Positions 1-13,472 are shown, numbered from the stretch's first letter. The stretch: 31,561 nucleotides of DNA from a virus (IMGVR_UViG_2534681698_000021); one strand, 5' to 3'. The notes: generated from the sequence alone by a model not told the origin. Made by a program: numbers and translations.

Positions 1-1004
1 TTTAAATAAAAATAATAAATATAATTCATTATCCCGTTAATTGGTTTATTTTGTTTAAAATTATGCTTGGCGCAATAACGAGCATAGTTTGAGTTAACTG
101 GCCGCATTAACGGTTCATTTTTCCAGGGCGATGCCTCTTTGACTTTGATAAAAGGTCGCGCACTTGGATAACCGGCCCAGTAATGCCAGGGTTTTGTCGG
201 GCCGACATAATGAATTAATACGGTTTCATCATTAATTGGACAAACAAATGATTTTTTTAATTCATAATTTAAACTAAATTGCGTATTGTATTTAGCATCA
301 ATGAATTTAACTTTCCCTGACAGGATAAGATTAAGTATATCTTGATCCATATAGGTTAAACGGGAAACGACGGCTTTATCAGCAAGCATCGACATCGCTT
401 TAGCAGAAACGGACTCCTGCGCCCACGCTAGTGTATTAATTAACAGGACACCTGAATTAAAGTAACCCTTTTCAAGTTCATTACACTGCAGACTTTGACC
501 CCGTAACGACCACCAGTTAGCATCGCGTTCAGTAACAACAGCAGCAATGTTATTGGCAAGATCCATTGTTATCAGCGGCTTTAAGTTTCCCTGACAGGCG
601 ATATCAGCATCCAGGTAAAGAACCTTATCTTGTTGATCAATAAAGTAATCTGCAATTACAAAACGGAAATACATGGCAATAGACCAATTTTTGGTCGTCG
701 GTAATGCCTTAAGCCGTTCACAATTTACCAGATGGATCTGGATACAGGTACGATAGCTTTTCGCCAATTGGGCTAAACGCTGGATATCGGCTTCAGGGAT
801 ATCATCAATAAAAACGTGGAAAACAAAACTCACGTCGTTGTTATGTAACAAAACTGACGTGATTGAAACACCACAACCAAAAAGAAAGTTTTTATCAATG
901 CCATAAGCAACATGGAATGATGATGCCACTGACGCCGCTGGCCTTTCATCGAAGATGATTGTCTTAGTGATCATCTCTTGTGGATTAAAATAGTGGGCAC
1001 TCAT
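1..1004 (-). CDS. waaO: LPS core glycosyltransferase, GT8 family (WaaO/WaaI-like); 3' end runs off the window start
   Basis: Minus-strand translation from the ATG at complement 1002-1004 gives MSAHYFNPQEMITKTIIFDE... and stays open to position 1. It contains a DxD-type motif (YLDADIAC) typical of GT8 transferases. Missing from the ORF track because it is open at the window edge. waaO versus waaI cannot be told apart by eye. Confidence 0.65.
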   Translation of the reverse strand, partial: MSAHYFNPQEMITKTIIFDERPAASVASSFHVAYGIDKNFLFGCGVSITSVLLHNNDVSFVFHVFIDDIPEADIQRLAQLAKSYRTCIQIHLVNCERLKALPTTKNWSIAMYFRFVIADYFIDQQDKVLYLDADIACQGNLKPLITMDLANNIAAVVTERDANWWSLRGQSLQCNELEKGYFNSGVLLINTLAWAQESVSAKAMSMLADKAVVSRLTYMDQDILNLILSGKVKFIDAKYNTQFSLNYELKKSFVCPINDETVLIHYVGPTKPWHYWAGYPSARPFIKVKEASPWKNEPLMRPVNSNYARYCAKHNFKQNKPINGIMNYIYYFYL

Positions 1005-1019
1005 ATTTCTCTCCGGAAA

Positions 1020-1817
1020 TTACAACGATTTTCGAATCGTTCTTTCCCTGATTTTTGTGGCTTTTGCTTCTGCTTGCGACAGCAGTCCTTGTTCCTGCTT
1101 GAGAATGTCTTTAAGCGGGGCGGCAAAATACACTTTCATAAACCGCCAGATATCCCGCTGAGTCAGGTCGATATTCATCGAAGAAAAATAAAGCCCAATA
1201 AGATCTTTATCCCGCCAACGACGTGGAACGCGCGTGCGAAGCTGCGCCCGGTGCAGGTCAATTACCGAAATTTTTAACTCCTCTTCCTTACCGGAAAAAG
1301 GCAAGTGCAGCAGGAAATGACAGATATAACAGTCACGGTGGTTAATGCCCGCAGCATGCATATCGCGCACCATCGTCGCGACACGCTTAATAAGCATACG
1401 CTTTACGCGAACATCTGGAGGGTTAGTCGCCCAGTCAGCACAGTAATCTTCCAGACTTATGGTTGGTGTCAGATCTTCGGTAATAATAAATGAAGTTCTG
1501 GTCAGCGGATTCATGCCTTTTTCGCCAAATGCCACCCCATACATAGTATCAACGCCGACATCCCGCAGTCGATGAATCGCATTCCATTCGCGGTCAGCGC
1601 CTAATACTGGCATCCGCAATGAGAGTAAATTTTTGATTATCTCTTTCAGGGTCGTGCCGCGATGCCATTTGAGAAAATAGCTTTTGCCCGCCATTTCAAA
1701 GCGCAGAGTACGGCGAGTTTCCAGTTCACGAAATACCTCACCCTGCAAGGTTTTAACTTCCTCAAAAGGATCTTTGCCGCGCCATAACGTGGCAAACGGC
1801 TCTTTAAGTTCAACCAT
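1020..1817 (-). CDS. waaP: LPS core heptose(I) kinase
   Basis: ORF 1020-1826; recognised WaaP N-terminus [14 protein letters not shown], so start placed at 1817 (265 aa). Overlaps waaG stop by a few nt. Confidence 0.9.
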   Translation of the reverse strand: MVELKEPFATLWRGKDPFEEVKTLQGEVFRELETRRTLRFEMAGKSYFLKWHRGTTLKEIIKNLLSLRMPVLGADREWNAIHRLRDVGVDTMYGVAFGEKGMNPLTRTSFIITEDLTPTISLEDYCADWATNPPDVRVKRMLIKRVATMVRDMHAAGINHRDCYICHFLLHLPFSGKEEELKISVIDLHRAQLRTRVPRRWRDKDLIGLYFSSMNIDLTQRDIWRFMKVYFAAPLKDILKQEQGLLSQAEAKATKIRERTIRKSL

Positions 1818-2934
1818 CCAGACCACCCGTTATGATATCCGCCGCTTTCTCTGGCAGACTGTATAAATCTTGTGTATCAGCATAATGTCGCGCATTTTCC
1901 GCCCAGGCCTGGCGCAATGAAGATTGCGTTAACGCTTTGCGTAAAATCTCATTCAATGTTTCCTGGCGGAATGGCTCAACAATAGCCTCGCCGCAATTGG
2001 CCTCGACAATATAATGCGCATAGCCACAAACGGCTGTTGTTAGTACCGGTAATCCTGCAGTAATCGCTTCCAGCAGCACAATTCCCGCCGCTTCCTGGTA
2101 GGCAGGATGCAGTAATAAATCCGCCGCCGCCATTAATTCCGAGACATCGTTGCGCCCCGAGAAGAAGTGAACATTACTGCGCACGCCGCGTTTTTCTGCC
2201 AGTGCCTCAAATTTTCGCGGTTTATCCTGCCCAACAACATATAGCAATGTGTTGTGGCGCAGCGAATCCGGTAACGAAGCAAGTGCTTCAATGGAACGAT
2301 CGACACCTTTACGCGTGAAGTCTGAACCGACCTGCAACAATAAATATTGTTGTTCGGTTATTCCATTCTTCTTACGGAAGATTTCACGGCTATTGGCTGG
2401 CTGCTGGCTATATTTACGATCAGGATAAATCCCCGGTGGCAGAATATGAAAACGCTCCGCTTCAGTCTGATAATGTTTCTGGAAATCGGCGATTTGCTTA
2501 TCTGTCAGCATCAGCAGCTGTGTCGGCTTACCCTGTTCGAAGGTTGCCCGCTCAAAGGCGGCATAATGGCGATAACGTGACGTCAGGCGATAGAAAAAGC
2601 CTTTCTCCTGCGCTACTTTCTCGGCATAACAAACATCAGCGGCATAATAAACGTCCAGCCCCGGCATTTTGTTGAATCCAACGACTTTATCGACGGGATG
2701 TTCGCGTAAATGTTTTTGCACCCAGGCAAAATACTCCGCATTGCGCCCGTGATTGGTATGCGATTTAACCGGTACTTTGATCAGTTCAAATACATCAGGG
2801 CATTCGCCTTCCCACGACTGGGTATAAACCCGAACATGATGACCTCGGGCGGCGACTGTCTGAGCAATACGCATAAAATCGCGCTGCAAACCGCCAAAGG
2901 GAAAATATTTATATAAACAAAAAGCAACGATCAT
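1810..2934 (-). CDS. waaG: LPS core glucosyltransferase I
   Basis: 374-aa [23 protein letters not shown]..., recognised as WaaG (GT4 family). Confidence 0.92.
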   Translation of the reverse strand: MIVAFCLYKYFPFGGLQRDFMRIAQTVAARGHHVRVYTQSWEGECPDVFELIKVPVKSHTNHGRNAEYFAWVQKHLREHPVDKVVGFNKMPGLDVYYAADVCYAEKVAQEKGFFYRLTSRYRHYAAFERATFEQGKPTQLLMLTDKQIADFQKHYQTEAERFHILPPGIYPDRKYSQQPANSREIFRKKNGITEQQYLLLQVGSDFTRKGVDRSIEALASLPDSLRHNTLLYVVGQDKPRKFEALAEKRGVRSNVHFFSGRNDVSELMAAADLLLHPAYQEAAGIVLLEAITAGLPVLTTAVCGYAHYIVEANCGEAIVEPFRQETLNEILRKALTQSSLRQAWAENARHYADTQDLYSLPEKAADIITGGLDG

Positions 2935-3989
2935 AACGACGTACCTGTCGTGGAGGAGGGCAGTAATTTATCGACAGCAGCAATGACATCTGCCGCCGGA
3001 ATAACCGAAAGATACATCTCATTTCGGTCACGCTGATCGCGCGTTGGCATTTCCCGGTAATCTCCCGCCCAGAATTGAATCATGTTATTTGACCAGGGAC
3101 GCCAGAAAATATGGTCTGTCGCACCAAACAGCGATATCAGCGGCGTATTAACTGCTGCGGCAATATGCGCCGGTGCGGAATCAACGCCAATAAATAGCTG
3201 CGCATGATCGATTAACGCACCAAGTTCCGGGAAGGTCACCTTTCCAGCCAGCGCCGTTACTGGTGGCGTCTGGCATCCCTGCGCAATTTCATTGACGCAG
3301 GCCAGATCGTCTTTATCTGGGCCGGACGTCAGAACGACTTCATAACCACGAGCATGTAAGGCATCAATCACAGCGGAAAACTTGGCGTTGTCCCAGCATT
3401 TGAAGATTTGCCGCGCCGTAGGTTGGATAACCACATAATTTTGTCCAACACCAGCGTGATCAAGTTCGCGACGCATACGTTTCCAGCTTGCAGGCGGGTA
3501 ACTCATGGTTGTCTGCTTCACCAACGAATCAAGTCCCAATGGTGTCAGCACGGATAAGTTACTTTCCACCACATTTCCACCCTGCAACGGCACCAAATGG
3601 GTGAAACTTTTACGCCAAAAAGCAGACTGCCGATGATGATAATCCTGGGAAATTTTCACACGGGCATTTAATAAGCGAACCAGTATAGCAACCATCCATT
3701 GATCGGTAAGATTGACGATAAGGTCATACTTATTGGCACGTAATACCTTGATGAGATGAAAAAAGTTGGCAATTTTTTCTGAGGCTTTTGCTTTTTTATT
3801 TTTTATGCCGTAGAGCGCGTTAATCTCTGGATTTTCAGACAGGATCGGGATGGTGTCCTGATAAAGCAGCACATCGATTTTTGCGTCAGGGTAATTTTTT
3901 TTCAGCGAACTAATGACGGGAGTAGTTAATAACATATCCCCATGAAAACGCATCTTAATGAGCAAAATTCTTCGAAATGGCTTATCCAC
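2931..3989 (-). CDS. waaQ: LPS heptosyltransferase III
   Basis: 352-aa ORF with a GT9 heptosyltransferase-like N-terminus (RILLIKMRFHGDMLLTTPV); first gene of the waaQ operon, 4-nt overlap with waaG. Exact start uncertain (a later in-frame Met is possible). Confidence 0.85.
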   Translation of the reverse strand: MDKPFRRILLIKMRFHGDMLLTTPVISSLKKNYPDAKIDVLLYQDTIPILSENPEINALYGIKNKKAKASEKIANFFHLIKVLRANKYDLIVNLTDQWMVAILVRLLNARVKISQDYHHRQSAFWRKSFTHLVPLQGGNVVESNLSVLTPLGLDSLVKQTTMSYPPASWKRMRRELDHAGVGQNYVVIQPTARQIFKCWDNAKFSAVIDALHARGYEVVLTSGPDKDDLACVNEIAQGCQTPPVTALAGKVTFPELGALIDHAQLFIGVDSAPAHIAAAVNTPLISLFGATDHIFWRPWSNNMIQFWAGDYREMPTRDQRDRNEMYLSVIPAADVIAAVDKLLPSSTTGTSL

Positions 3990-4038
3990 AAGTAACTCTT
4001 TTTGTTGAGATTATCCGATTAAGGTGAAGCAGAAAAAG

Positions 4039-4050
4039 CACGCTACCGCC
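4039..4050 (-). promoter_or_regulatory. ops / JUMPstart element (GGCGGTAGCGTG on minus strand) in the waaQ operon leader; RfaH-dependent antitermination site
   Basis: Plus strand reads CACGCTACCGCC at 4039-4050, whose reverse complement is GGCGGTAGCGTG (ops core GGCGGTAG). It lies about 50 nt upstream of the waaQ start on the transcribed strand. Confidence 0.85.
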
Positions 4051-4401
4051 CCAGGCTCAACAGCTACCTGAATACTGATACCGCACTGATATTGACGCGC
4101 TAGTGTATCACTTCTTTCGCGGCAATCCGACCCGAATGATTTTTAAGCACATTGTTGATTTTCAATAAAGAAATCAATCAAATAAAATCATTAGCAACCA
4201 TATTCTTTCACTGTTGCTCTGCGATTCCTTCCTGCACGTACAGCAGAAATCAATGAATCGCATAAAAATACAAAAAAAGTATAGATGTTCAGCAAGAATT
4301 GGCGGGTAAATTGCTATTTAAGTCAAAAACGGGAAAAGTAATGGTAAAGCCACAGCTAAATACATAGAATCCCCAGCACATCCATAAGTCAGCTATTTAC
4401 T

Positions 4402-6166
<1,765 letters not shown>

Positions 6167-6204
6167 CGTTTATGCCGGATGGTATGCCATCCGGCGCGCA
6201 TGAA

Positions 6205-7014
6205 TTACTTCTGGCACTGCCGACAATAAAACGTTGCCCGCTGCGCATGTTTAGTCGCCACAATCGGCGTACCGCACACCCGACACGGCTCGCCTTTTCG
6301 CCCGTAAACCTGCAATTCCTGCGCGAAATAGCCCGGTTTACCATCACTTTGCAGAAAATCTTTCAGCGTTGTACCACCCTGCTCAATCGAACGCAGCAAC
6401 ACCGCTTTAATCACCCGAGCTAACAATTCACACTCTGCCAGCGACAGTGATGACGCCAGCCGATCCGGATGGATCCCCGCCGCAAACAGTGATTCGCTGG
6501 CATAGATATTCCCTACCCCTACCACCAGCTTGTTATCCATCAGCCACGGTTTAATCGCCGTTTTTTTCTTCGCGCACTTCTGATGCAGATACTCACCATT
6601 GAAATCGTCGCTAAGCGGCTCCGGTCCAAGATGAGCCAGCACGTTGTGCCCTTCCAGCTCTTTGGTCCACAGCCAGGCACCAAAGCGGCGCGGATCGGTG
6701 TAGCGCAGCACTTTACCGTTGCTCATCACCAAATCCACATGGTCATGCTTTTCAGGGGGAAGTTCTTCTGGAAGGATGCGCAGGCTGCCAGACATCCCCA
6801 AATGAATGATAATCCAGCCCTCAGGCAGCTCCAGCAGCAGATATTTAGCCCGCCGCTGCACGCTAAGCACTGGTTGGTCGCTTAAACGGTAGATCTCTTC
6901 TGAAACCGGCCAGCGCAAGCGTCCGTTGCGCACCACCGCATGAAGAATGGTTGCACCAACGAGATGCGGTTCTATGCCGCGACGGCTGGTTTCAACTTCG
7001 GGTAATTCAGGCAT
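6205..7014 (-). CDS. mutM: Formamidopyrimidine-DNA glycosylase
   Basis: ORF 6205-7041; Fpg begins at [13 protein letters not shown] (catalytic Pro2), so start placed at 7014 (269 aa). Confidence 0.92.
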
Positions 7015-7065
7015 AGCATCTCCAGGAATGAACAGATGCAATCAATATGGGGGCAAGCAGATAAC

Positions 7066-7087
7066 AAAAAACCCCGCCGGAGCGAGG
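7066..7087 (-). terminator. Intrinsic terminator downstream of rpmG (upstream of mutM)
   Basis: Minus-strand RNA would form CCUCGC-UCCG-GCGGGG (one G.U pair) followed by U6. On the plus strand the same hairpin is followed by TTTTTTGTT. Confidence 0.6.
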
Positions 7088-7111
7088 TTTTTTGTTACAT
7101 CAAAGCGAGAA

Positions 7112-7282
<171 letters not shown>

Positions 7283-7299
7283 TTATTTCCTCTAAGTAC

Positions 7300-7557
<258 letters not shown>

Positions 7558-7752
7558 TTAGCTCGAGCTTCGTATGGGGTATTGGCGCCTCGTCAGGCTT
7601 TACAGCCCGGTCATCGCAGTTCTATGTGAACTCTCGATTGCCAGGCCCAAATGCCAAACCCGAGATTCTCAAAGGTGGCGTAGTATACGCTGACTCAGCG
7701 ATGTGCTCAAGTCCCGAACAGACAAAGATCCCGAAGGATCGCGCATAGCGGG

Positions 7753-8427
7753 TTAAATCCAGCCGCGTTCGGCAAAAGAAACATACTCTCCACGCCCAAT
7801 CACGATATGGTCGAGCACGCGTAAATCCATGAACTGACAACTCTTTATTATCCGTTCAGTAATGAGTTTATCCGCTTTACTGGGTTCAGCACAACCCGAA
7901 GGGTGATTATGTGCAAGGATCAGCGCCGAGGCGTTTATTTTTATCGCTTCGCGGATAATTTCCCGAGGATGGACTTCAACATGGTTTAGCGTGCCGGAAA
8001 AAAGACGGCTATGCGTTATAACCCGGTGTTGTGAGTCGAGAAAGATCACCATAAAGATCTCCCGCTCCTCACCCGTGAGCTGGCTTTGTAAAAATTCCCG
8101 CGTCATCTCCGGGCTGAGTAAAGGGCTTTCTTCACGCATCCGCACGTTGTAGTAACGCCGCGCCAGTTCAGCAATCCCCTTTAACTGGGCAAATTTCGCT
8201 ACGCCAATTCCATGAACGCCACTAAATTGTTCATATTCAGAGGTTAACAAGCCATAAAGAGAGCCGAAATTCTCCAGCATCTCTTTTGCCAGGGTTAATA
8301 CATCTTTACCGCGCGTTCCGGTACGCAGAAATAACGCCAGCAGCTCGACATCCGTTAAGGCGCTAATACCAAACTTCAGCATTTTTTCGCGCGGCATCAA
8401 CAGCTGTGCATTGTTTTTCACCTTCAC
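7753..8427 (-). CDS. yicR: UPF0758 / RadC-like JAB-domain protein
   Basis: 224-aa ORF with a JAB metalloprotease-like motif (HNHPSG); position between rpmB and coaBC matches yicR (formerly radC). Confidence 0.85.
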
Positions 8428-8592
8428 CTCCTTTGTGGTGCTCGCATCCTGTCATAGCCGTTCCGTTAAATCGACGGCCAGTTTTCAATCCTGGAAAGCG
8501 CCTCGCAAAGTGAATCTCAGGTGAAGGCACGACAACAAAAGTATTGTGATAAAATCGCCAACTTCTGGTGTCACCCTACAGGAAAAATCAAC

Positions 8593-9813
8593 ATGAGCCT
8601 GGCCGGTAAAAAAATCGTTCTCGGCGTTAGCGGCGGTATTGCTGCCTATAAAACCCCTGAACTGGTGCGTCGTTTGCGCGATCGCGGGGCCGACGTCCGC
8701 GTAGCCATGACCGAAGCGGCAAAAGCCTTTATCACCCCACTTAGCTTGCAGGCGGTTTCTGGTTATCCCGTTTCCGACAGTTTGCTGGACCCGGCAGCCG
8801 AAGCCGCTATGGGCCATATTGAGCTGGGTAAATGGGCTGATTTAGTGATTCTCGCCCCTGCCACGGCAGATTTGATTGCCCGTGTTGCTGCCGGAATGGC
8901 GAATGACCTGGTATCGACGATTTGTCTGGCTACACCTGCGCCTGTAGCCGTGCTCCCCGCCATGAACCAGCAGATGTACCGTGCCGCTGCCACGCAGCAT
9001 AATTTAGAGGTGCTTGCTTCCCGTGGTTTGCTCATCTGGGGGCCAGACAGTGGCAGTCAGGCTTGTGGTGATATCGGTCCTGGGCGAATGCTCGATCCGT
9101 TAACCATTGTGGATATGGCGGTGGCGCATTTTTCGCCCGTCAACGACCTGAAACATCTGAACATTATGATTACCGCCGGTCCGACGCGTGAACCGCTCGA
9201 TCCGGTGCGTTATATCTCTAATCACAGCTCCGGCAAGATGGGTTTTGCTATCGCCGCCGCCGCTGCCCGTCGTGGCGCGAACGTCACGCTGGTATCAGGT
9301 CCAGTTTCACTACCGACGCCACCGTTTGTTAAACGTGTTGATGTGATGACCGCGCTGGAAATGGAAGCCGCCGTGAATGCTTCTGTACAGCAGCAAAATA
9401 TTTTTATCGGTTGCGCCGCCGTGGCGGATTATCGCGCAGCTACCGTGGCCCCAGAAAAAATCAAAAAGCAGGCCACGCAGGGTGATGAATTAACAATAAA
9501 AATGGTTAAAAACCCCGATATCGTCGCAGGCGTTGCCGCACTAAAAGACCATCGACCCTACGTCGTTGGATTTGCCGCCGAAACAAATAATGTGGAAGAA
9601 TACGCCCGGCAAAAACGTATCCGTAAAAACCTTGATCTGATCTGCGCGAACGATGTTTCCCAGCCAACTCAAGGATTTAACAGCGACAACAACGCATTAC
9701 ACCTTTTCTGGCAGGACGGAGATAAAGTCTTACCGCTTGAGCGCAAAGAGCTCCTTGGCCAATTATTACTCGACGAGATCGTAACCCGTTATGATGAAAA
9801 AAATCGACGTTAA
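8593..9813 (+). CDS. coaBC: Bifunctional phosphopantothenoylcysteine decarboxylase / synthetase
   Basis: ORF 8521-9813; recognised Dfp N-terminus [20 protein letters not shown] starts at ATG 8593 (406 aa). Confidence 0.92.
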   Translation: MSLAGKKIVLGVSGGIAAYKTPELVRRLRDRGADVRVAMTEAAKAFITPLSLQAVSGYPVSDSLLDPAAEAAMGHIELGKWADLVILAPATADLIARVAAGMANDLVSTICLATPAPVAVLPAMNQQMYRAAATQHNLEVLASRGLLIWGPDSGSQACGDIGPGRMLDPLTIVDMAVAHFSPVNDLKHLNIMITAGPTREPLDPVRYISNHSSGKMGFAIAAAAARRGANVTLVSGPVSLPTPPFVKRVDVMTALEMEAAVNASVQQQNIFIGCAAVADYRAATVAPEKIKKQATQGDELTIKMVKNPDIVAGVAALKDHRPYVVGFAAETNNVEEYARQKRIRKNLDLICANDVSQPTQGFNSDNNALHLFWQDGDKVLPLERKELLGQLLLDEIVTRYDEKNRR

Positions 9814-10249
9814 GATTCTGGACCCGCGCGTTGGGAAGGTATTTCCGCTCCCGACTTATGCCACCTCTGGCTCTGCCGGACTTGACCTGCGTGCCTGTCT
9901 CGACGACGCCGTAGAACTGGCTCCGGGTGACACTACGCTGGTTCCGACCGGGCTGGCGATTCATATTGCCGATCCTTCACTGGCGGCAATGATGCTGCCG
10001 CGCTCCGGATTGGGACATAATCACGGTATCGTGCTTGGTAACCTGGTAGGATTGATCGATTCTGACTATCAGGGCCAGTTGATGATTTCCGTTTGGAACC
10101 GTGGTCAGGACAGCTTCACCATTCAACCTGGCGAACGCATCGCCCAGATGATTTTTGTTCCGGTAGTACAGGCTGAATTTAATCTGGTGGAAGATTTCGA
10201 CGCCACCGACCGCGGTGAAGGCGGCTTTGGTCACTCTGGTCGTCAGTAA
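9791..10249 (+). CDS. dut: dUTP pyrophosphatase
   Basis: [18 protein letters not shown]... recognised as Dut; overlaps the coaBC 3' end. Start may be the second Met (9794). Confidence 0.92.
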   Translation: MMKKIDVKILDPRVGKVFPLPTYATSGSAGLDLRACLDDAVELAPGDTTLVPTGLAIHIADPSLAAMMLPRSGLGHNHGIVLGNLVGLIDSDYQGQLMISVWNRGQDSFTIQPGERIAQMIFVPVVQAEFNLVEDFDATDRGEGGFGHSGRQ

Positions 10250-10355
10250 CACATACGCATCCGAATAACGTCATAACATAGCCGCAAACATTTCGTTTGC
10301 GGTCATAGCGTGGGTGCCGCCTGGCAAGTGCTTATTTTCAGGGGTATTTTGTAAC

Positions 10356-10952
10356 ATGGCAGAAAAACAAACTGCGAAAAGGAACCGTCGCGAGGAAATA
10401 CTTCAGTCTCTGGCGCTGATGCTGGAATCCAGCGATGGAAGCCAACGTATCACGACGGCAAAACTGGCCGCCTCTGTCGGCGTTTCCGAAGCGGCACTGT
10501 ATCGCCACTTCCCCAGTAAGACCCGCATGTTCGATAGCCTGATTGAGTTTATCGAAGATAGCCTGATTACTCGCATCAACCTGATTCTGAAAGATGAGAA
10601 AGACACCACAGCGCGCCTGCGTCTGATTGTGTTGCTGCTTCTCGGTTTTGGTGAGCGTAATCCTGGCCTGACCCGCATCCTCACTGGTCATGCGCTGATG
10701 TTTGAACAGGATCGCCTGCAAGGGCGTATCAACCAGCTGTTCGAGCGTATTGAAGCGCAGCTGCGTCAGGTATTGCGTGAAAAGAGAATGCGTGAGGGTG
10801 AAGGTTACACCACCGATGAAACCCTGCTGGCAAGCCAGATCCTGGCCTTCTGTGAAGGTATGCTGTCACGTTTTGTCCGCAGCGAATTTAAATACCGCCC
10901 GACGGATGATTTTGACGCCCGCTGGCCGCTAATTGCCGCGCAGTTGCAGTAA
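10356..10952 (+). CDS. slmA: Nucleoid occlusion factor SlmA (TetR family)
   Basis: ORF 10314-10952; recognised N-terminus [17 protein letters not shown] starts at ATG 10356 (198 aa). Confidence 0.9.
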
Positions 10953-10958
10953 TATGAC

Positions 10959-10990
10959 GCCGGATGACTTTTCATCCGGCGAGTTTCTTT
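10959..10990. terminator. Bidirectional intrinsic terminator between convergent slmA and pyrE
   Basis: Perfect 9-bp stem GCCGGATGA / TCATCCGGC (10959-10967 and 10972-10980), loop CTTT, T-rich stretch downstream. Confidence 0.65.
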
Positions 10991-11630
10991 AAACGCCAAA
11001 CTCTTCGCGATAGGCCTTAACCGCCGCCAGATGTTCCGCCATTTCCGGCTTCTCTTCCAGATAGGCAATCAGATCTTTCAGGGTGATGATAGAGATCACT
11101 TTGCAGTTGTAATCACGCTCAACTTCCTGAATCGCCGAAATCTCGCCGCGCCCCCGTTCCTGACGATCAAGCGAAATCAATACGCCAGCAAGCGTCGCGC
11201 CATTAGCCTGAATAATCTCCATCGATTCGCGAATCGCCGTTCCGGCGGTGATCACATCATCTACCAGCATTACGCGTCCTTGTAACGCGCTACCAACCAG
11301 ATTGCCGCCTTCACCGTGGTCTTTTGCCTCTTTGCGGTTAAAGCAGTACGGCAGGTCAAGGTCATGATGCTCCGCCAGCGCCACGGCGGTAGTGGTCGCA
11401 ATCGGGATCCCTTTGTAAGCAGGGCCAAACAGCAGATCGAACTCAATGCCAGAATCCACCAATGCTTCAGCGTAAAAACGGCCTAACAGTGCCAGGTCGC
11501 GCCCGGTATTAAACAGCCCGGCGTTGAAGAAATAGGGGCTTTTGCGCCCGGATTTCAGCGTAAACTCGCCAAACTTTAACACCTGCTTGCTAAGCGCAAA
11601 TTCAATAAACTGGCGCTGATATGGTTTCAT
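10989..11630 (-). CDS. pyrE: Orotate phosphoribosyltransferase
   Basis: ORF 10989-11645; recognised PyrE N-terminus [23 protein letters not shown] gives start at 11630 (213 aa). Confidence 0.93.
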
Positions 11631-11660
11631 GCCTTCGCTCCTCATCTTACTTTTCTACAG

Positions 11661-11690
11661 ACAAAAAAAAGGCGACTCATCAGTCGCCTT
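11661..11690 (-). terminator. pyrE attenuator (intrinsic terminator between rph and pyrE)
   Basis: Minus-strand RNA forms AAGGCGACU-GAUG-AGUCGCCUU followed by a U8 run (plus-strand A-run 11663-11670), located between the rph stop (11696) and the pyrE start. Confidence 0.8.
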
Positions 11691-11695
11691 AAAAA

Positions 11696-12412
11696 TCAGT
11701 TTGCCAGCGCCGCCTTCTGCGTCGCTACAATGGATTCGATTCCCCCTCGGGCCAGCGCCAACAAGGTGAGTAGCTCTTCATGGGTGAACGGCTCGCCTTC
11801 TGCCGTCCCCTGCACTTCAATGATGCGCCCGTCTTCGGTCATCACTACGTTCATGTCGGTCTCTGCGGCTGAGTCTTCAACGTATTCCAGATCGCAAATT
11901 GCTTCACCGTTTACAATACCGACAGAAACTGCGGCTACCATCCCTTTCATCGGGTTGGTTTTCAGCTTGCCGTTTTCCACCAGCTTCTGTAGCGCATCTG
12001 CCAGCGCCACGCAGGCACCCGTAATCGACGCGGTACGCGTGCCACCATCAGCCTGAAGCACGTCGCAGTCCAGCGTAATGGTGAACTCACCCAGCGCTTT
12101 CAAATCTACTGCCGCGCGAAGAGCACGGGCGATCAGACGCTGGATTTCCATTGTGCGTCCACCCTGCTTACCTTTCGCCGCTTCACGAGCGTTACGGGTG
12201 TGGGTAGAACGTGGCAGCATGCCGTACTCTGCGGTGATCCAGCCCTGGCCCTGACCTTTCAGGAAGCGCGGCACGCCTTCTTCAATAGAGGCGGTACACA
12301 ACACTTTGGTATCGCCAAATTCGACCAGCACCGAGCCTTCTGCATGTTTTGTATAGTTACGAGTCAGGGTAACGGGACGCACCTGATTATTGCTACGGCC
12401 TGCTGGACGCAT
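11696..12412 (-). CDS. rph: Ribonuclease PH (full length)
   Basis: ORF 11696-12436; recognised N-terminus [16 protein letters not shown], so start at 12412 (238 aa). C-terminus ...[11 protein letters not shown] is intact. Confidence 0.92.
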   Translation of the reverse strand: MRPAGRSNNQVRPVTLTRNYTKHAEGSVLVEFGDTKVLCTASIEEGVPRFLKGQGQGWITAEYGMLPRSTHTRNAREAAKGKQGGRTMEIQRLIARALRAAVDLKALGEFTITLDCDVLQADGGTRTASITGACVALADALQKLVENGKLKTNPMKGMVAAVSVGIVNGEAICDLEYVEDSAAETDMNVVMTEDGRIIEVQGTAEGEPFTHEELLTLLALARGGIESIVATQKAALAN

Positions 12413-12538
12413 ATTGAAATCTCCGGCTTGAAACAAATGTGGCTGCGCATTATACGGACTTCCGGCGGTTATTCCTATCCTGACAAGGCATCGATGGCTA
12501 TAATCCTTCCACCTCTCCTTTTATAAACAGGAACGTCT

Positions 12539-13402
12539 ATGATCCGCAGTATGACCGCCTACGCCCGGCGTGAAATCAAGGGTGAATGGGGGAGCGCAAC
12601 CTGGGAAATGCGCTCGGTAAACCAGCGTTATCTGGAAACTTACTTTCGTCTGCCGGAGCAGTTCCGTAGCCTTGAACCTGTCGTTCGCGAGCGTATTCGT
12701 TCTCGCCTGACGCGCGGTAAAGTGGAATGTACCCTGCGCTATGAGCCAGATGTTAGCGCACAAGGTGAGCTGATCCTCAATGAAAAACTGGCTAAACAGC
12801 TGGTAACTGCCGCGAACTGGGTAAAAATGCAGAGTGACGAAGGGGAAATCAACCCGGTTGATATTCTGCGCTGGCCGGGCGTGATGGCAGCCCAGGAGCA
12901 GGATCTCGACGCCATTGCCGCTGAAATTCTCGCGGCGCTGGATGGTACGCTGGACGACTTTATTGTCGCGCGCGAAACCGAAGGTCAGGCACTGAAAGCA
13001 TTGATCGAGCAGCGTCTGGAAGGCGTCACCGCCGAAGTGGTCAAAGTCCGCGCCCATATGCCGGAAATCCTGCAATGGCAGCGTGAGCGTCTGGTCGCGA
13101 AGCTGGAAGATGCTCAGGTTCAGTTGGAAAACAACCGTCTGGAGCAGGAGTTGGTTCTGCTGGCACAACGAATTGACGTTGCCGAAGAACTGGACCGCCT
13201 GGAAGCGCATGTCAAAGAGACCTACAACATTCTGAAGAAAAAAGAAGCCGTTGGTCGTCGTCTGGACTTTATGATGCAGGAATTCAACCGCGAGTCGAAC
13301 ACTCTTGCGTCGAAATCTATCAATGCCGAAGTGACAAACTCCGCCATCGAGCTGAAAGTGTTGATTGAGCAGATGCGCGAGCAGATTCAGAATATTGAGT
13401 AA
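12539..13402 (+). CDS. yicC: YicC-family protein (UPF0701; reported endoribonuclease)
   Basis: 287-aa ORF MIRSMTAYARREIKGEWGSATWEMRSVNQRYLE..., recognised as YicC. Confidence 0.9.
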   Translation: MIRSMTAYARREIKGEWGSATWEMRSVNQRYLETYFRLPEQFRSLEPVVRERIRSRLTRGKVECTLRYEPDVSAQGELILNEKLAKQLVTAANWVKMQSDEGEINPVDILRWPGVMAAQEQDLDAIAAEILAALDGTLDDFIVARETEGQALKALIEQRLEGVTAEVVKVRAHMPEILQWQRERLVAKLEDAQVQLENNRLEQELVLLAQRIDVAEELDRLEAHVKETYNILKKKEAVGRRLDFMMQEFNRESNTLASKSINAEVTNSAIELKVLIEQMREQIQNIE

Positions 13403-13437
13403 CTCGTAACACTAATTCTTACTTTTCAGCCTTCACA

Positions 13438-13472
13438 AATGCCGCCCACTCAAACAGAGCGGCATTTTTCTT
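13438..13472 (+). terminator. Putative intrinsic terminator after yicC
   Basis: 8-bp stem AATGCCGC / GCGGCATT (13438-13445 and 13459-13466) with a 13-nt loop, followed by TTTTCTT. Confidence 0.5.

Noticed and set aside
978-1277. 99-aa plus-strand ORF spanning the waaO/waaP junction
   Set aside because: Antisense to two recognised waa genes; chance ORF.
4340-4366. Seven-codon mini-ORF (MVKPQLNT) just upstream of waaA
   Set aside because: Too short to separate from chance; I know of no leader peptide for waaA. Noted only as a possible upstream ORF.
7622-7840. 72-aa minus-strand ORF in the rpmB-yicR intergenic region
   Set aside because: Overlaps the 3' end of yicR in another frame, and the sequence looks like the promoter/leader of the rpmBG operon rather than coding DNA.
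12521-13210. 229-aa minus-strand ORF antisense to yicC
   Set aside because: Fully overlapped by the recognised yicC gene; no ribosome-binding context and no recognisable protein features.
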